The position numbers and the translations under genes are program-made. From NCBI GenBank assembly GCA_904420225.1, contig CAJFUP010000048.1, positions 1-60,617 on the forward strand: DNA of 60,617 nt. The letters run 5' to 3'. This document shows positions 18,921 to 29,600 of the stretch, in pieces. A model generated the notes under the pieces. It was not told the DNA's origin. It saw only the letters and a program-made list of their open reading frames with translations, and did not search any database. Within the stretch, counting starts at the first letter, position 1; every line of letters starts with the position of its first letter. This stretch comes from an uncultured Lachnospiraceae bacterium (lineage in GTDB: Bacteria > Bacillota > Clostridia > Lachnospirales > Lachnospiraceae).

Positions 18921-21020
18921 TTATATGGAGAACAGCAGCTGGTCGTATGTGGGATAGGGAAGCAGAGCGTCCGGAACCAGAGACTCCGCTTCGTCGATCT
19001 TGACACGGAGGGCTTCCATGTGAGCCAAAACCACCTCATGGTAAGCTTTGGCGGTCAGCAGCGCAGATTCTTTGGCATCGGCGGCATCGGCATCGGCCAA
19101 AAGCTGCTCCAGTCCGGAGGCGATTTCAGCCTGCAGGCTGCTGAGCTTGGTGATCAGAGAAGTCTCATAGGTGAGAGGCAGTCCGGGAACCAATGTCTTC
19201 TTTTTTACGGCTGTGTCGGAAATCTGTTCCACATAGGCAGACACAGCGGGAAGGAAATCTTTCTTCAGCATGTCATCGAGAGTTTTTACTTCGATGTGAA
19301 TGGACTTGGAATAATTTTCCAGAAGAATCTCATCTCGGGAGAAGATTTCCTCTTTGGTGAATACACCGTGACGGACAAACAGTTCCACATTTTTGTCGTC
19401 CGTGAAATGCTCCAGGGCATCGGGAGTGGAAACCAGGTTATAAAGACCTCGCTTTTTTGCCTCTTTGACCCATTCGTCTGTGTAGCCGTTTCCATTGAAG
19501 ATGACCCGCTTATGGGCTATGATGGTTTCTTTCAGCAGAGCGTGCACAGCGTCACCCATTTCTTCCGGTGCGACTCCCTCCAACTTTTGGGAGAACTGAC
19601 GGAGAGATTCCGCAACAGCCGTATTCAGCACGATGTTGGGGGTGGATACGGAGGCAGAGGAACCCAGCATACGGAATTCAAACTTGTTGCCTGTGAAGGC
19701 AAACGGCGATGTACGGTTCCGGTCTGTGGTATCCTTGGTAAAGTGAGGCAGAACATGGGCGCCGGTTTCCAGCTGTTCTCTGTGGAGGCCTGTGAAGAAG
19801 GTGTCATTCTCGATGGAATCCATCACTGCCTGCAGCTCATCGCCCACGAAGATGGACACAATGGCCGGCGGCGCTTCGTTGGCGCCCAGGCGGTGGTCAT
19901 TTCCAGCTCCTGCCACAGAGATACGCAGCAGATCGGCATAGTCATCCACTGCCTTGATGACGGCCATGAGGAATACCAGGAACTGGGTATTTTCTCCCGG
20001 AGTCTTTCCGGGGTCCAGCAGGTTGACGCCGGTGTTGGTGATGAGGGACCAGTTGTTATGTTTGCCGCTGCCGTTGATGCCTTCAAAGGGTTTTTCGTGG
20101 AGCAGGCAGACGAAACCGTGTTTTCTGGCAACTTTCCGCATCATCTCCATGGTCAGCTGATTGTGATCCACCGCCACATTGGTGGTCTCAAAAATGGGAG
20201 CCAGCTCATGCTGGGCGGGAGCCACTTCGTTGTGCTTGGTTTTGGCGGGAATACCCAGCTTCCAAAGCTCTTTATCCAGATCATGCATGAAATCTGCAAT
20301 GCGGGGCTTCAGGGCGCCGAAGTAGTGATCCTCCATTTCCTGTCCCTTGGGGGCGGCGGCGCCGAACAGCGTGCGGCCGCAGAACACCAGATCCTTTCTC
20401 TTTTTATACAGATCCCGCTCCACAATAAAGTATTCCTGCTCCGGTCCCACGGTGGTGCTGACGCCCGTCACATCTGTATTTCCCAGGAGATGGAGCATAT
20501 GGGTGGCTTCCCGGTTGAGCGTTTCCATGGAACGCAGCAGGGGCGTTTTCTTATCAAGGACTTCACCGCTGTAAGAACAAAAGGCAGTGGGGATATAGAG
20601 GGTGTGGTCTTTGATGAAAGCCGGTGAGGTGGGATCCCAGGCCGTGTAGCCTCTGGCCTCAAAGGTGGCGCGCAGGCCGCCGGAGGGGAAACTGGAGGCA
20701 TCCGGCTCGCCCTTAACCAGCTCCTTGCCGGAAAAATCCATGATAATCTGCCCGTCCCCTGTGGGAGAGATGAAGCTGTCATGCTTTTCAGCCGTATAGC
20801 CGGTCATGGGCTGGAACCAGTGGGTGTAATGGGTAGCGCCGTTTTCCACCGCCCATTCCTTCATGGCCACCGCCACGGCGTTGGCCACGTCCAGTTCCAG
20901 GTGGGTGCCGTTTTCAATGGTCTTTCTCAAAGCCTTATAGATATCTTTCGGCAATTTTGCCCTCATGATCTTATCGTTGAACACCGAGCTGCCAAACAAT
21001 TCGGGGATATTTGTTGCCAT
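18921..21020 (-). CDS. glnN: Glutamine synthetase type III
   Basis: THYTHWFQPMTG.TAEKHDSF, GEPDASSFPSGGLRATFEARGYTAWD, HNEVAPAQHE, HEKPF..NGSGKHNNWS and DRNRTSPFAFTGNKFEFR motifs; about 700 aa. Confidence 0.96.
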   Translation of the reverse strand: MATNIPELFGSSVFNDKIMRAKLPKDIYKALRKTIENGTHLELDVANAVAVAMKEWAVENGATHYTHWFQPMTGYTAEKHDSFISPTGDGQIIMDFSGKELVKGEPDASSFPSGGLRATFEARGYTAWDPTSPAFIKDHTLYIPTAFCSYSGEVLDKKTPLLRSMETLNREATHMLHLLGNTDVTGVSTTVGPEQEYFIVERDLYKKRKDLVFCGRTLFGAAAPKGQEMEDHYFGALKPRIADFMHDLDKELWKLGIPAKTKHNEVAPAQHELAPIFETTNVAVDHNQLTMEMMRKVARKHGFVCLLHEKPFEGINGSGKHNNWSLITNTGVNLLDPGKTPGENTQFLVFLMAVIKAVDDYADLLRISVAGAGNDHRLGANEAPPAIVSIFVGDELQAVMDSIENDTFFTGLHREQLETGAHVLPHFTKDTTDRNRTSPFAFTGNKFEFRMLGSSASVSTPNIVLNTAVAESLRQFSQKLEGVAPEEMGDAVHALLKETIIAHKRVIFNGNGYTDEWVKEAKKRGLYNLVSTPDALEHFTDDKNVELFVRHGVFTKEEIFSRDEILLENYSKSIHIEVKTLDDMLKKDFLPAVSAYVEQISDTAVKKKTLVPGLPLTYETSLITKLSSLQAEIASGLEQLLADADAADAKESALLTAKAYHEVVLAHMEALRVKIDEAESLVPDALLPYPTYDQLLFSI

Positions 21021-21077
21021 AACAAAAACACTCCTTTCAGATATGGTGAAACCTTGCAAGGGGCCGGTCCTCCCGGC

Positions 21078-21160
21078 AAAAGAAAAAGGCGCCTTGGATA
21101 GTATTCCAAAGCGCCTTTGCTTTCTGTGAAACAGTATACACGATTCTGAGAAGATGTCAA
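21078..21160 (-). promoter_or_regulatory. GSIII promoter and ANTAR hairpin/terminator leader
   Basis: Minus strand: TTGACA (21160-21155)-16-TATACT (21138-21133), then AAGC-AAAGGC-GCTT hairpin (21122-21109) overlapping terminator AAAGGCGCTTTGGA...TCCAAGGCGCCTTTTT. Confidence 0.85.
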
Positions 21161-21181
21161 GAGACTTTTTTAAAATATTTT

Positions 21182-21946
21182 TTACAGGGCTTCACTGCGG
21201 TAGACCCCCTGTTCCCCGGTGGATTCATTGGTTAGGATGAAAAATGTCTCTTCCTGCTGGGAAATCCGCACCACAGAGAGGCGCTGACCGGATTCTCCCA
21301 TCATAACTGAGGTGATGCCGTCCTGGGAGGGAAAGCCAAACACGATGACCGCATCATCCAAAGGCTCCTGCGCAGAGAGTTCTCGGACGGCAGCGGCCTC
21401 TTGGGGAGTGACAGCAGTAAGCTGATATACGGTGCCGTCTATGCGGATTTGATCTTCGCATTCCCAGCGGCCGTCCTGGTATGTCCCCTGTCCTGAACTT
21501 TGGTAAAGGGCATAGGTAAAGGCGCCCAGTACGGTATCTTGATCTTTGAATAAATAATATTCAACACCGTCCCAGAGACTTTTGTAGACCGATACGGAAG
21601 CTCCGTCGGAGACGGATGGAGAAAATTCGGCGGTGGTGGTCATATCTTGCCTGGGTGCGTGGGAGACGTAGTGCATGCGGCCGAAGTAGTTTTGCTGCGG
21701 GCTGGCGGCGATGGCAGTCATATCCGCTGGATTTGCCGGAGTCAGCTGATACAGGGTGCCATCGATCATGGCCTGGTTGGGAAGAAAGGAATCGCTCCCG
21801 GCAACCAGAGTGCTGTCATGGGCTTCCACAGAATCGGCTTCTGTGGAGAGAGAAACAGATGGAGATGGAGGTTCCGGCTGCGCGCAGCCAGAAAAAAGAA
21901 AGACAACACCGGTTAACAATAATAAAAGTGATGAGAAATGCTTCAT
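21182..21946 (-). CDS. Hypothetical lipoprotein with internal duplication
   Basis: RBS GGAGGTG; MKHFSSLLLLLTGVVFLFSGC lipobox; two IDGT(L/V)YQLT repeats. Confidence 0.75.
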   Translation of the reverse strand: MKHFSSLLLLLTGVVFLFSGCAQPEPPSPSVSLSTEADSVEAHDSTLVAGSDSFLPNQAMIDGTLYQLTPANPADMTAIAASPQQNYFGRMHYVSHAPRQDMTTTAEFSPSVSDGASVSVYKSLWDGVEYYLFKDQDTVLGAFTYALYQSSGQGTYQDGRWECEDQIRIDGTVYQLTAVTPQEAAAVRELSAQEPLDDAVIVFGFPSQDGITSVMMGESGQRLSVVRISQQEETFFILTNESTGEQGVYRSEAL

Positions 21947-22391
21947 AGACGAAATCACCTCCATAAAAGAAAAAGGGCCGAGGGAAACTTTAGTACTTTT
22001 ATTATAACATATAGTTCTGTGGTATTCAATATAAATTGAAATGATATAATAAATTTAATAGATAATATTTTATTCAGGGCCATCTGCTTGATGAGTGTGC
22101 TTTGTCAATTAATAAAAGAATCGTTTTTAGCAATGCCACTTGACAAAAACATGAAAAAATGATATTTTCTAAATATAGCATACAGAATGTGAGAACGTGA
22201 ACACAAAAACATTTCTAAGACAGAACTACCATGGGACCGTTTTGTTCCCTCCAGTCTGTAAAGTTCTGGAGCCAGGCGACCTACCATGAGGAGAGATACG
22301 GGTGGGCTGTTTCAAAAGCATAGTAACTACACAGGGCTTTCAGAGTTTTGCAAACGTCCAATGGCTGTGGGGGCGGAAAGGAGAAAAGAGT

Positions 22392-23078
22392 ATGAAGAAA
22401 AAGATGGGAATCATTTTAGGTGCGGGCATGGGAATCGTTATCGTCATATTGGGAGCGGTGTACGTTATGAAACCGCGTCCTCAGCCCGCGGATCCTGTAG
22501 ATCCCGTAGATCCAAAAGATAAGGTGGTGTTATCAGATCAGGCCAATTTATCAAGAGTTTCTCCTCCTTGTCTAGCCAACGATGTCTTGATGGTCAGGGA
22601 AATGGCGGAGAGCGGAGAAAACGGATACATTGTTAAGGGAACCATCACCAGTGAAGAGCTGACCAGAGTACCATTTACGGGAGAAGGATCAGCGGAATTT
22701 GCCCAATTGTATGGCGATAACCTGGGAACAGATTATATGGTTTACGATGTGGATGTGGATGAGATTTGGTTTGGGGATGAAGTGGGGGAAACATTTACCT
22801 TTAAAATCATGGGTGATAAGAATTCGGTGATTACGAAGCCGAATATGGGAGATGAGGTAATCGTGTTTGCATACCAGACAGAAGGTATGGATCTCCCACA
22901 GCTGGTGGATCTGGAACACAGCATATTCACAAACAATGGATCGCTGTATTCCTTTTCCAATACGGAAAATCTTTCTTCCTATGACACCAAGCCGGATGGG
23001 ACTTTGAAGTCGGATGTGGAAGAACTGATGGGAAAAGATATGGAGGAGCTGCTCCGTATGGCCAGGGAGGCTGAGTGA
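22392..23078 (+). CDS. Hypothetical membrane-anchored extracellular protein
   Basis: RBS AAGGAG; MKKK + hydrophobic helix; DPVDPVDP linker; acidic beta-rich domain. Confidence 0.75.
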   Translation: MKKKMGIILGAGMGIVIVILGAVYVMKPRPQPADPVDPVDPKDKVVLSDQANLSRVSPPCLANDVLMVREMAESGENGYIVKGTITSEELTRVPFTGEGSAEFAQLYGDNLGTDYMVYDVDVDEIWFGDEVGETFTFKIMGDKNSVITKPNMGDEVIVFAYQTEGMDLPQLVDLEHSIFTNNGSLYSFSNTENLSSYDTKPDGTLKSDVEELMGKDMEELLRMAREAE

Positions 23079-23109
23079 AAGAATCCCATGGCGGTAACCA
23101 ATTTGGGTA

Positions 23110-23191
23110 TTGACAAACAGGGGAAGTTTGTGTTACTTCATATAAGGATGAAAGCAAAGGGGCTTCGACCGAGAGGGTCGAAGTCTCTTTT
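23110..23191 (+). promoter_or_regulatory. purF promoter region and ANTAR hairpin/terminator leader
   Basis: TTGACA 23110-23115 (weak -10); AAGC-AAAGGG-GCTT hairpin at 23152-23165 overlapping terminator GGGGCTTCGACC-GAGAG-GGTCGAAGTCTCTTTT. Confidence 0.8.
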
Positions 23192-23309
23192 CATGCTGCA
23201 AAAATGATCTGCGGGATTGTACCGCCACCCCTCTCCTGTTCCGAAGGATTGCCCCGCACGGTGGGCCGGGGCAGGGCAGAGGAAGCACCGTGCAGAAACG
23301 AGGAAAATC

Positions 23310-24692
23310 ATGGAAGACAGAAGAATCAAGGAAGCATGCGGCGTATTTGGCATATACGATATGGACGGAGAGAATGTGGTTCCCTCCATCTATTACGGCC
23401 TGACGGCCCTGCAGCATAGAGGCCAGGAGTCCTGCGGCATCGCCGTAAGCGATACGCAGGGCCCCAAGGGAAACATGGGGTATCACAAGGGAATGGGGCT
23501 GGTCGGCGAGGTCATGAAGGAAGAAAATTTAAACAAGCTGCGGGGGAATCTGGGAATCGGCCATGTGCGATACTCCACCACGGGAGCCTCCACAGTGGAA
23601 AACGCCCAGCCGTTGGTCTTATCCTATGTGAAGGGCTCTCTGGCGCTGGCCCACAACGGAAACCTGATCAACGCCCACCAGCTGCGCCGGGAATTGGAGG
23701 AAGGAGGAGCCATTTTCCACACCACTACGGATTCAGAAGTAATGGCCTATCATATTGCCAGGGCACGGGTTTCGGCTGGGACGGTGGAGGAAGCCATCAA
23801 ACGGACGGCGAAAAAGATTCGGGGCGCCTATGGTCTGGTGATCATGAGCCCCCGAAAACTGGTGGGTGTGAGGGATCCTCTGGGGTTAAAACCCCTCTGT
23901 TTGGGAAAACGGGGAAACGCCTATGTGATTGCCTCGGAGAGCTGCGCTCTGGAGGCTGTTGGGGCCGAATTTATCCGGGATATCCGGCCGGGAGAGATTG
24001 TGACCATTACGCAGGATGGAATTGTTTCTGATATGGAGCTGGCTCAGGAAGCCCATGCTCACTGCATTTTTGAATATATATATTTTGCCAGATTGGACAG
24101 CACCATGGACGGCGTCAGCATCTATGAGGCCAGAACCCGCGGAGGAAAAGCTCTGGCCAAGGCATACCCTGTGGAGGCGGATGTGGTCTGCGGTGTTCCC
24201 GATTCCGGTATTGCGGCAGCACAGGGATATGCCAAGCAGTCGGGCATCCCCTTTGGACTGGCTTTCCATAAAAATAGTTATATCGGCAGGACGTTCATTA
24301 AGCCCACGCAAAAGGAGCGGGAATCCAGTGTCCATATGAAACTCAGCGTACTGGAGCCGGTGGTGCACGGAAAGCGGATTGTTTTGGTGGATGATTCCAT
24401 TGTCAGGGGAACCACCATTGCCAATTTGATTCACATGCTGAAGCAGGCGGGAGCCAGGGAAGTTCATGTGCGCATCAGCGCTCCGCCTTTCCTTCATCCA
24501 TGCTATTTTGGAACCGATGTCCCGTCCAATGATCAGCTGATCGCGGTCACCCACACTCCGGAGGAAATCTGTCGGCTAATCGGCGCTGACTCTCTGGGCT
24601 ATATGAAATTGGAAGATCTGCCCGCCATGGTGGGAGATTTGCCTTACTGCAGCGCCTGCTTTGACGGGAGATATCCCATGAAATTGGAATAA
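23310..24692 (+). CDS. purF: Amidophosphoribosyltransferase (Bacillus-type, propeptide and Fe-S Cys)
   Basis: EACGVFG Ntn-Cys, LQHRGQESCG, GHVRYST, HNGNL, CIFEYIYFAR, VDDSIVRGTT, PCYFG and CSAC motifs. Confidence 0.97.
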   Translation: MEDRRIKEACGVFGIYDMDGENVVPSIYYGLTALQHRGQESCGIAVSDTQGPKGNMGYHKGMGLVGEVMKEENLNKLRGNLGIGHVRYSTTGASTVENAQPLVLSYVKGSLALAHNGNLINAHQLRRELEEGGAIFHTTTDSEVMAYHIARARVSAGTVEEAIKRTAKKIRGAYGLVIMSPRKLVGVRDPLGLKPLCLGKRGNAYVIASESCALEAVGAEFIRDIRPGEIVTITQDGIVSDMELAQEAHAHCIFEYIYFARLDSTMDGVSIYEARTRGGKALAKAYPVEADVVCGVPDSGIAAAQGYAKQSGIPFGLAFHKNSYIGRTFIKPTQKERESSVHMKLSVLEPVVHGKRIVLVDDSIVRGTTIANLIHMLKQAGAREVHVRISAPPFLHPCYFGTDVPSNDQLIAVTHTPEEICRLIGADSLGYMKLEDLPAMVGDLPYCSACFDGRYPMKLE

Positions 24693-24763
24693 CTGCCATT
24701 CCTTTGCTTCCATGGAATGACTGTGCACGGGAAGCGTATCCGGCAATTTTTTAAAATAGGGGA

Positions 24764-24934
24764 TTTACAAATCGGAAAAAATAGTATATAGTAACACAAG
24801 GTCTGAATGCGGATCAGCCGCATGGCGGTTCGTGTTTACGATCCAGAATGAAAAAGTAATCGGCTGACAAAGGCGTCAGGAGCAGTTTTTAGGGGAAAGT
24901 TTCCCCCAAAACGCTCCCGACGCCTTTTTTCTTT
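24764..24934 (+). promoter_or_regulatory. pyrG-operon promoter and ANTAR hairpin/terminator leader
   Basis: TTTACA (24764-24769)-17-TATAGT (24787-24792); CTGAC-AAAGGC-GTCAG hairpin at 24864-24879 overlapping a long terminator ending GACGCCTTTTTT (24919-24930). Confidence 0.85.
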
Positions 24935-25008
24935 CCGCAATGGGAAGCGGCGGAAATGGGTTTGGCGGCAGGCGGAAGAGAAACGGGCAAAACGGCAGGA
25001 GGAGCATT

Positions 25009-26622
25009 ATGGCAATCAAATATGTATTTGTGACAGGCGGTGTAGTCAGCGGGCTTGGAAAAGGAATCACGGCGGCATCTTTGGGCAGGCTGCTGAAAGC
25101 CAGGGGATACCAGGTGACCATGCAGAAATTCGACCCCTATATTAATATCGATCCAGGCACCATGAATCCCATCCAGCACGGGGAAGTATTCGTGACGGAT
25201 GACGGTACGGAGACAGATCTGGATTTGGGGCATTATGAGCGGTTCATCGATGAGAGCCTGGACTGGAATTCCAATGTGACCACGGGAAAAGTATACTGGT
25301 CAGTGCTTCAGAAAGAGCGCCATGGAGATTTCGGAGGGGAGACCGTGCAGGTGATTCCCCATATCACCAATGAGATCAAGAGCCGTTTTTACCGGGGAAA
25401 GGATGAAACGGAGGAGAGGATCGCCATCATCGAAGTGGGGGGCACCGTGGGAGATATGGAAAGCCAGCCGTTTTTGGAATCCATTCGCCAGTTTCAGCAT
25501 GAAGTGGGAAAGGACAATGCCATTTTGATCCATGTGACGCTGATTCCCTATCTGAAAGCCTCCGGGGAGATGAAGACAAAGCCCACACAGGCCAGTGTCA
25601 GAGAACTGCAGAGCATGGGGATTCAGCCGGACATTGTGGTCTGTCGGTCGGAGCATCCGCTCACAGAGGATGTGAGGGCGAAAATTTCTCTATTCTGCAA
25701 TGTGCCGGTGGGACGGGTATTGCAGAACCTGGATGTGGAATACTTATATGAGGCGCCGCTGGCCATGGAAAAAGAACATTTGGCCCAGGCAGTTTTGGAA
25801 TGTCTTTGTCTGGAAAACAGAGAACCGGATTTGAAGGAATGGGAAGAAATGGTTTCGGCCCTGAAATATCCCAAAACCACCGTGGAGATCGCCATGGTGG
25901 GAAAATATACACAGCTCCACGACGCCTATCTCAGCGTGGTGGAGGCACTGAAGCATGGCGGCATCCAAAGCAGCAGCCGGGTGCAGATTCGCTGGGTGGA
26001 TTCGGAACACCTGACAGCGGAGAACATGGATGAGCTGCTCCATGATGTGGACGGGATCCTGATTCCAGGAGGATTCGGCAATCGGGGAACCGAGGGAATG
26101 GTGCTGGCCGCCCGCTACGCCAGAGAGAAAAAAATCCCATACCTGGGGATTTGCCTGGGTATGCAGATGGCCATGGTGGAATTTGCCAGGGATGTCATGG
26201 GATGGGAAGACGCCTCCAGCGCCGAATTTGATCCGGACACGGCCCACCCGGTCATTGCTCTGCTGCCGGATCAGGAGGATGTGAAAGATCTGGGCGGAAC
26301 CCTGCGGCTGGGAAGCTGTCCCTGCGTGCTGCGGGAGGGCAGTCTGGCCCGCAGACTGTATGGAAAAGAAGCCATCAGCGAGCGCCACAGACACCGCTAT
26401 GAGGTCAACAATGCCTATAGAGAGGATTTTGAGACGCATGGAATGAGAATATCCGGCACATCTCCCGATCATCGGATCGTGGAGATCATAGAAATTCCGG
26501 GACATCCATTTTTCATCGGCACTCAGGCCCATCCGGAGTTCAAATCCAGACCCAACCATGCCCATCCTTTGTTTGGAGGATTTATTGGGGCAGCGCTGCA
26601 GTGCAAAAACAGCAGGATTTGA
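25009..26622 (+). CDS. pyrG: CTP synthase
   Basis: [46 protein letters not shown] and [10 protein letters not shown] motifs. Confidence 0.98.
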   Translation: MAIKYVFVTGGVVSGLGKGITAASLGRLLKARGYQVTMQKFDPYINIDPGTMNPIQHGEVFVTDDGTETDLDLGHYERFIDESLDWNSNVTTGKVYWSVLQKERHGDFGGETVQVIPHITNEIKSRFYRGKDETEERIAIIEVGGTVGDMESQPFLESIRQFQHEVGKDNAILIHVTLIPYLKASGEMKTKPTQASVRELQSMGIQPDIVVCRSEHPLTEDVRAKISLFCNVPVGRVLQNLDVEYLYEAPLAMEKEHLAQAVLECLCLENREPDLKEWEEMVSALKYPKTTVEIAMVGKYTQLHDAYLSVVEALKHGGIQSSSRVQIRWVDSEHLTAENMDELLHDVDGILIPGGFGNRGTEGMVLAARYAREKKIPYLGICLGMQMAMVEFARDVMGWEDASSAEFDPDTAHPVIALLPDQEDVKDLGGTLRLGSCPCVLREGSLARRLYGKEAISERHRHRYEVNNAYREDFETHGMRISGTSPDHRIVEIIEIPGHPFFIGTQAHPEFKSRPNHAHPLFGGFIGAALQCKNSRI

Positions 26623-26691
26623 CGAAACGGGGATGATGAAACGGAAATGGACGCAGGATTTGGGAAAAAATATGGAAAGGAAGAAGACAAT

Positions 26692-29600
26692 ATGGGAGAC
26701 GCAAACAGAATAAAAGCCATGGACAAAACCAACCAGCCCGGTCTTTACCGGCCGGCGTTTGAGCATGACAACTGCGGTATCGGCGCCGTTGTCAGCATAA
26801 AGGGCGAGAAAACCCACAGGGCCGTGACCGATGCCCTGAAAATCGTGGAAAATCTGGAGCACCGGGCCGGAAAGGACGCGGAGGGAAAGACGGGAGACGG
26901 TGTGGGCATCCTGCTGCAGATTTCTCATAAGTTTTTCTCAAAAGTATGTCGGAATCTGGGAATTCCTGTTGGGGGAGAGAGGGAGTACGGCATCGCCCAA
27001 ATCTTTTTTCCGGCCGATGAGCTGAAGCGAAACCAGGCAAAGAAAATGTTTGAAATCATAGTGGAAAAGGAAGGCCTTCATCTTCTTGGATGGAGAGAGG
27101 TACCTGTGTACCCGGAAGTGCTGGGGCAAAAGGCCCGATCCTGTATGCCGTACATCATGCAGGCGTTCATCGGAAAGCCGGAGGATACGGAAAAAGGCCT
27201 GGACTTTGACCGGCGCCTGTATATTGCCAGACGGGAGTTTGAGCAGAGCACGGACAATACGTATGTGGTATCCATGAGCAGCCGAACCATTGTATATAAA
27301 GGTATGTTTTTGGTGGGGCAGCTGCGGACGTTTTTCCAGGATCTGCAGGATCCGGACTATGAATCCGCCATCGCCATGGTTCACTCTCGGTTCAGCACCA
27401 ACACCAATCCCAGCTGGGAGAGAGCGCATCCCAATCGTTTCATGGTTCACAACGGAGAGATCAATACCATCCGCGGCAATGCCGACAAAATGCTGGCCCG
27501 TGAGGAAAACATGGAGTCGGTTCATCTCAAAGGACAGCTTCATAAAGTGCTGCCTGTCATCAACCGAGACGGGTCCGATTCTGCCATGCTGGACAATACC
27601 CTGGAGTTTTTAGTGATGAGCGGTATGGATTTGCCTCTGGCTGCCATGATCTGCATTCCCGAACCCTGGTCCAACAACGACACCATCTCCATGGAAAAAA
27701 GAGAGTTCTATCAGTATTATGCCACCATGATGGAGCCCTGGGACGGTCCCGCTTCCATCCTGTTTTCCGACGGGGATGTGATGGGAGCCGTGCTGGACAG
27801 AAACGGTCTGCGTCCTTCCCGGTATTACATTACCTCCGACGATATGCTGATCCTTTCTTCCGAAGTGGGGGTCCTGCCGGTGCCGGAAGAGAGCATTTTG
27901 GTGAAGGAGCGTCTCCATCCCGGCAAGATGCTCCTGGTGGATACGGTAAAGGGCAGACTCATCGGCGACGATGAGCTGAAGGAATCCTATGCCAGAAAGC
28001 AGCCCTACGGAGAATGGCTGGACAGCAACCTGCTGGAGCTGCATGATATTAAGATTCCCAATGAGCGGGTGGAAGAGTACAGCCCGGAGACCAGAGCCCG
28101 CCTGCAAAAGGCATTCGGGTATACGTATGAGCAGTACCGCACGTCCATCCTCTCTCTGGCCAGAAACGGAGCGGAGAGCATTGGGGCCATGGGCGCGGAT
28201 ATTCCCCTGGCTGTGCTGTCGGAACAACACCGACCGCTGTTTGATTATTTTAAGCAGATGTTTGCCCAGGTGACCAATCCGCCCATTGATGCCATTCGGG
28301 AGAAAATCGTCACCTCCACCACTGTCTATGTGGGAAAGGACGGCAATTTGCTGGAAGAAAAGCCGGAGAATTGTCAGGTGCTGAAAATCAACAATCCCAT
28401 ATTGACCAATACGGATATGCTGAAAATCAAAAAAATGTCCTATCCAGGCTTCAAAGTGGCGGTGGTGTCCATTCTGTATTATAAGAGTACCAAACTGAAA
28501 CGGGCCGTGGACCGCCTGTTCGTGGAAGTGGATAAGGCATACCGGGACGGCGCCAATATTCTGGTGTTGTCTGACCGGGGCGTGGATGAGAACCACATGG
28601 CCATTCCCTCCCTTTTGGCGGTTTCCGCTGTCCATCAGCATTTGGTGAAAACCAAGAAGAGAACGTCCCTGGGCATCATTTTGGAGTCCGGCGAGCCGCG
28701 GGAAGTCCATCATTTCGCCACGCTGCTGGGCTACGGAGCCTGCGCCGTGAACCCGTATCTGGCCCAGGAAACCATCCGTGAGCTCATCGATAATCGCATG
28801 CTGGATAAGGATTATTATGCGGCGGTCAACGATTACAACAACGGTATTTTGGACGGCATCGTGAAGATCGCCTCCAAGATGGGCATTTCCACCATCCAGT
28901 CCTATCAGGGCTCCCAGATTTTTGAGGCGGTGGGCATCTCCGATTCGGTGATCCGGGAATATTTCACCGGCACCGTAAGCCGCGTGGGGGGCATCACCCT
29001 GGAGGACATTGAAGAAGAGGTGGATCGTCTCCACTCCCAGGCCTTTGATCCTTTGGGGCTCACCAATGATCTGACTTTAAACAGCATGGGAATCCACAAA
29101 ATGCGCAGCGAGGGGGAAAAGCACCGCTACAATCCCGGTACCATCCATCTGCTTCAGGAGTCCACCAAAAGGGGCGACTATGGAATGTTCAAAGAGTATA
29201 CCCGTCTGGTGGATGAGGAAAATACCGGCAATCTGAGAAGTCTGTTTGACTTTGCCTTTGCCAAAACCCCTGTCCCCCTGGAAGAGGTGGAGCCGGTGGA
29301 ATCCATTGTCAAGCGATTCAAGACCGGCGCCATGTCATACGGCTCCATTTCCAAGGAAGCCCACGAAACCCTGGCCATTGCCATGAATCATCTTCACGGC
29401 AAGTCCAACACCGGCGAGGGCGGCGAGAGTGAGGAGCGTCTGGACTCGGCGGGAACGGACAATGACAGATGTTCTGCCATCAAACAGGTGGCCAGCGGCC
29501 GATTCGGCGTCACCAGCCGGTATTTGGTCAGCGCAAAAGAAATTCAGATCAAAATGGCCCAGGGGGCGAAACCCGGAGAGGGCGGTCATCTTCCGGCCAA

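Noticed and set aside
22200-22380. c-di-GMP, c-di-AMP or T-box riboswitch in the long leader
   Set aside because: Hallmark conserved motifs not found by eye; kept only as an unexplained leader.
24793-24863. Upstream P1 ANTAR hairpin or PyrR/GGGC attenuator in the pyrG leader
   Set aside because: The stems present (ATGCGG-ATCAG-CCGCAT) have the wrong loop size; no PyrR-binding loop or 5' GGGC.
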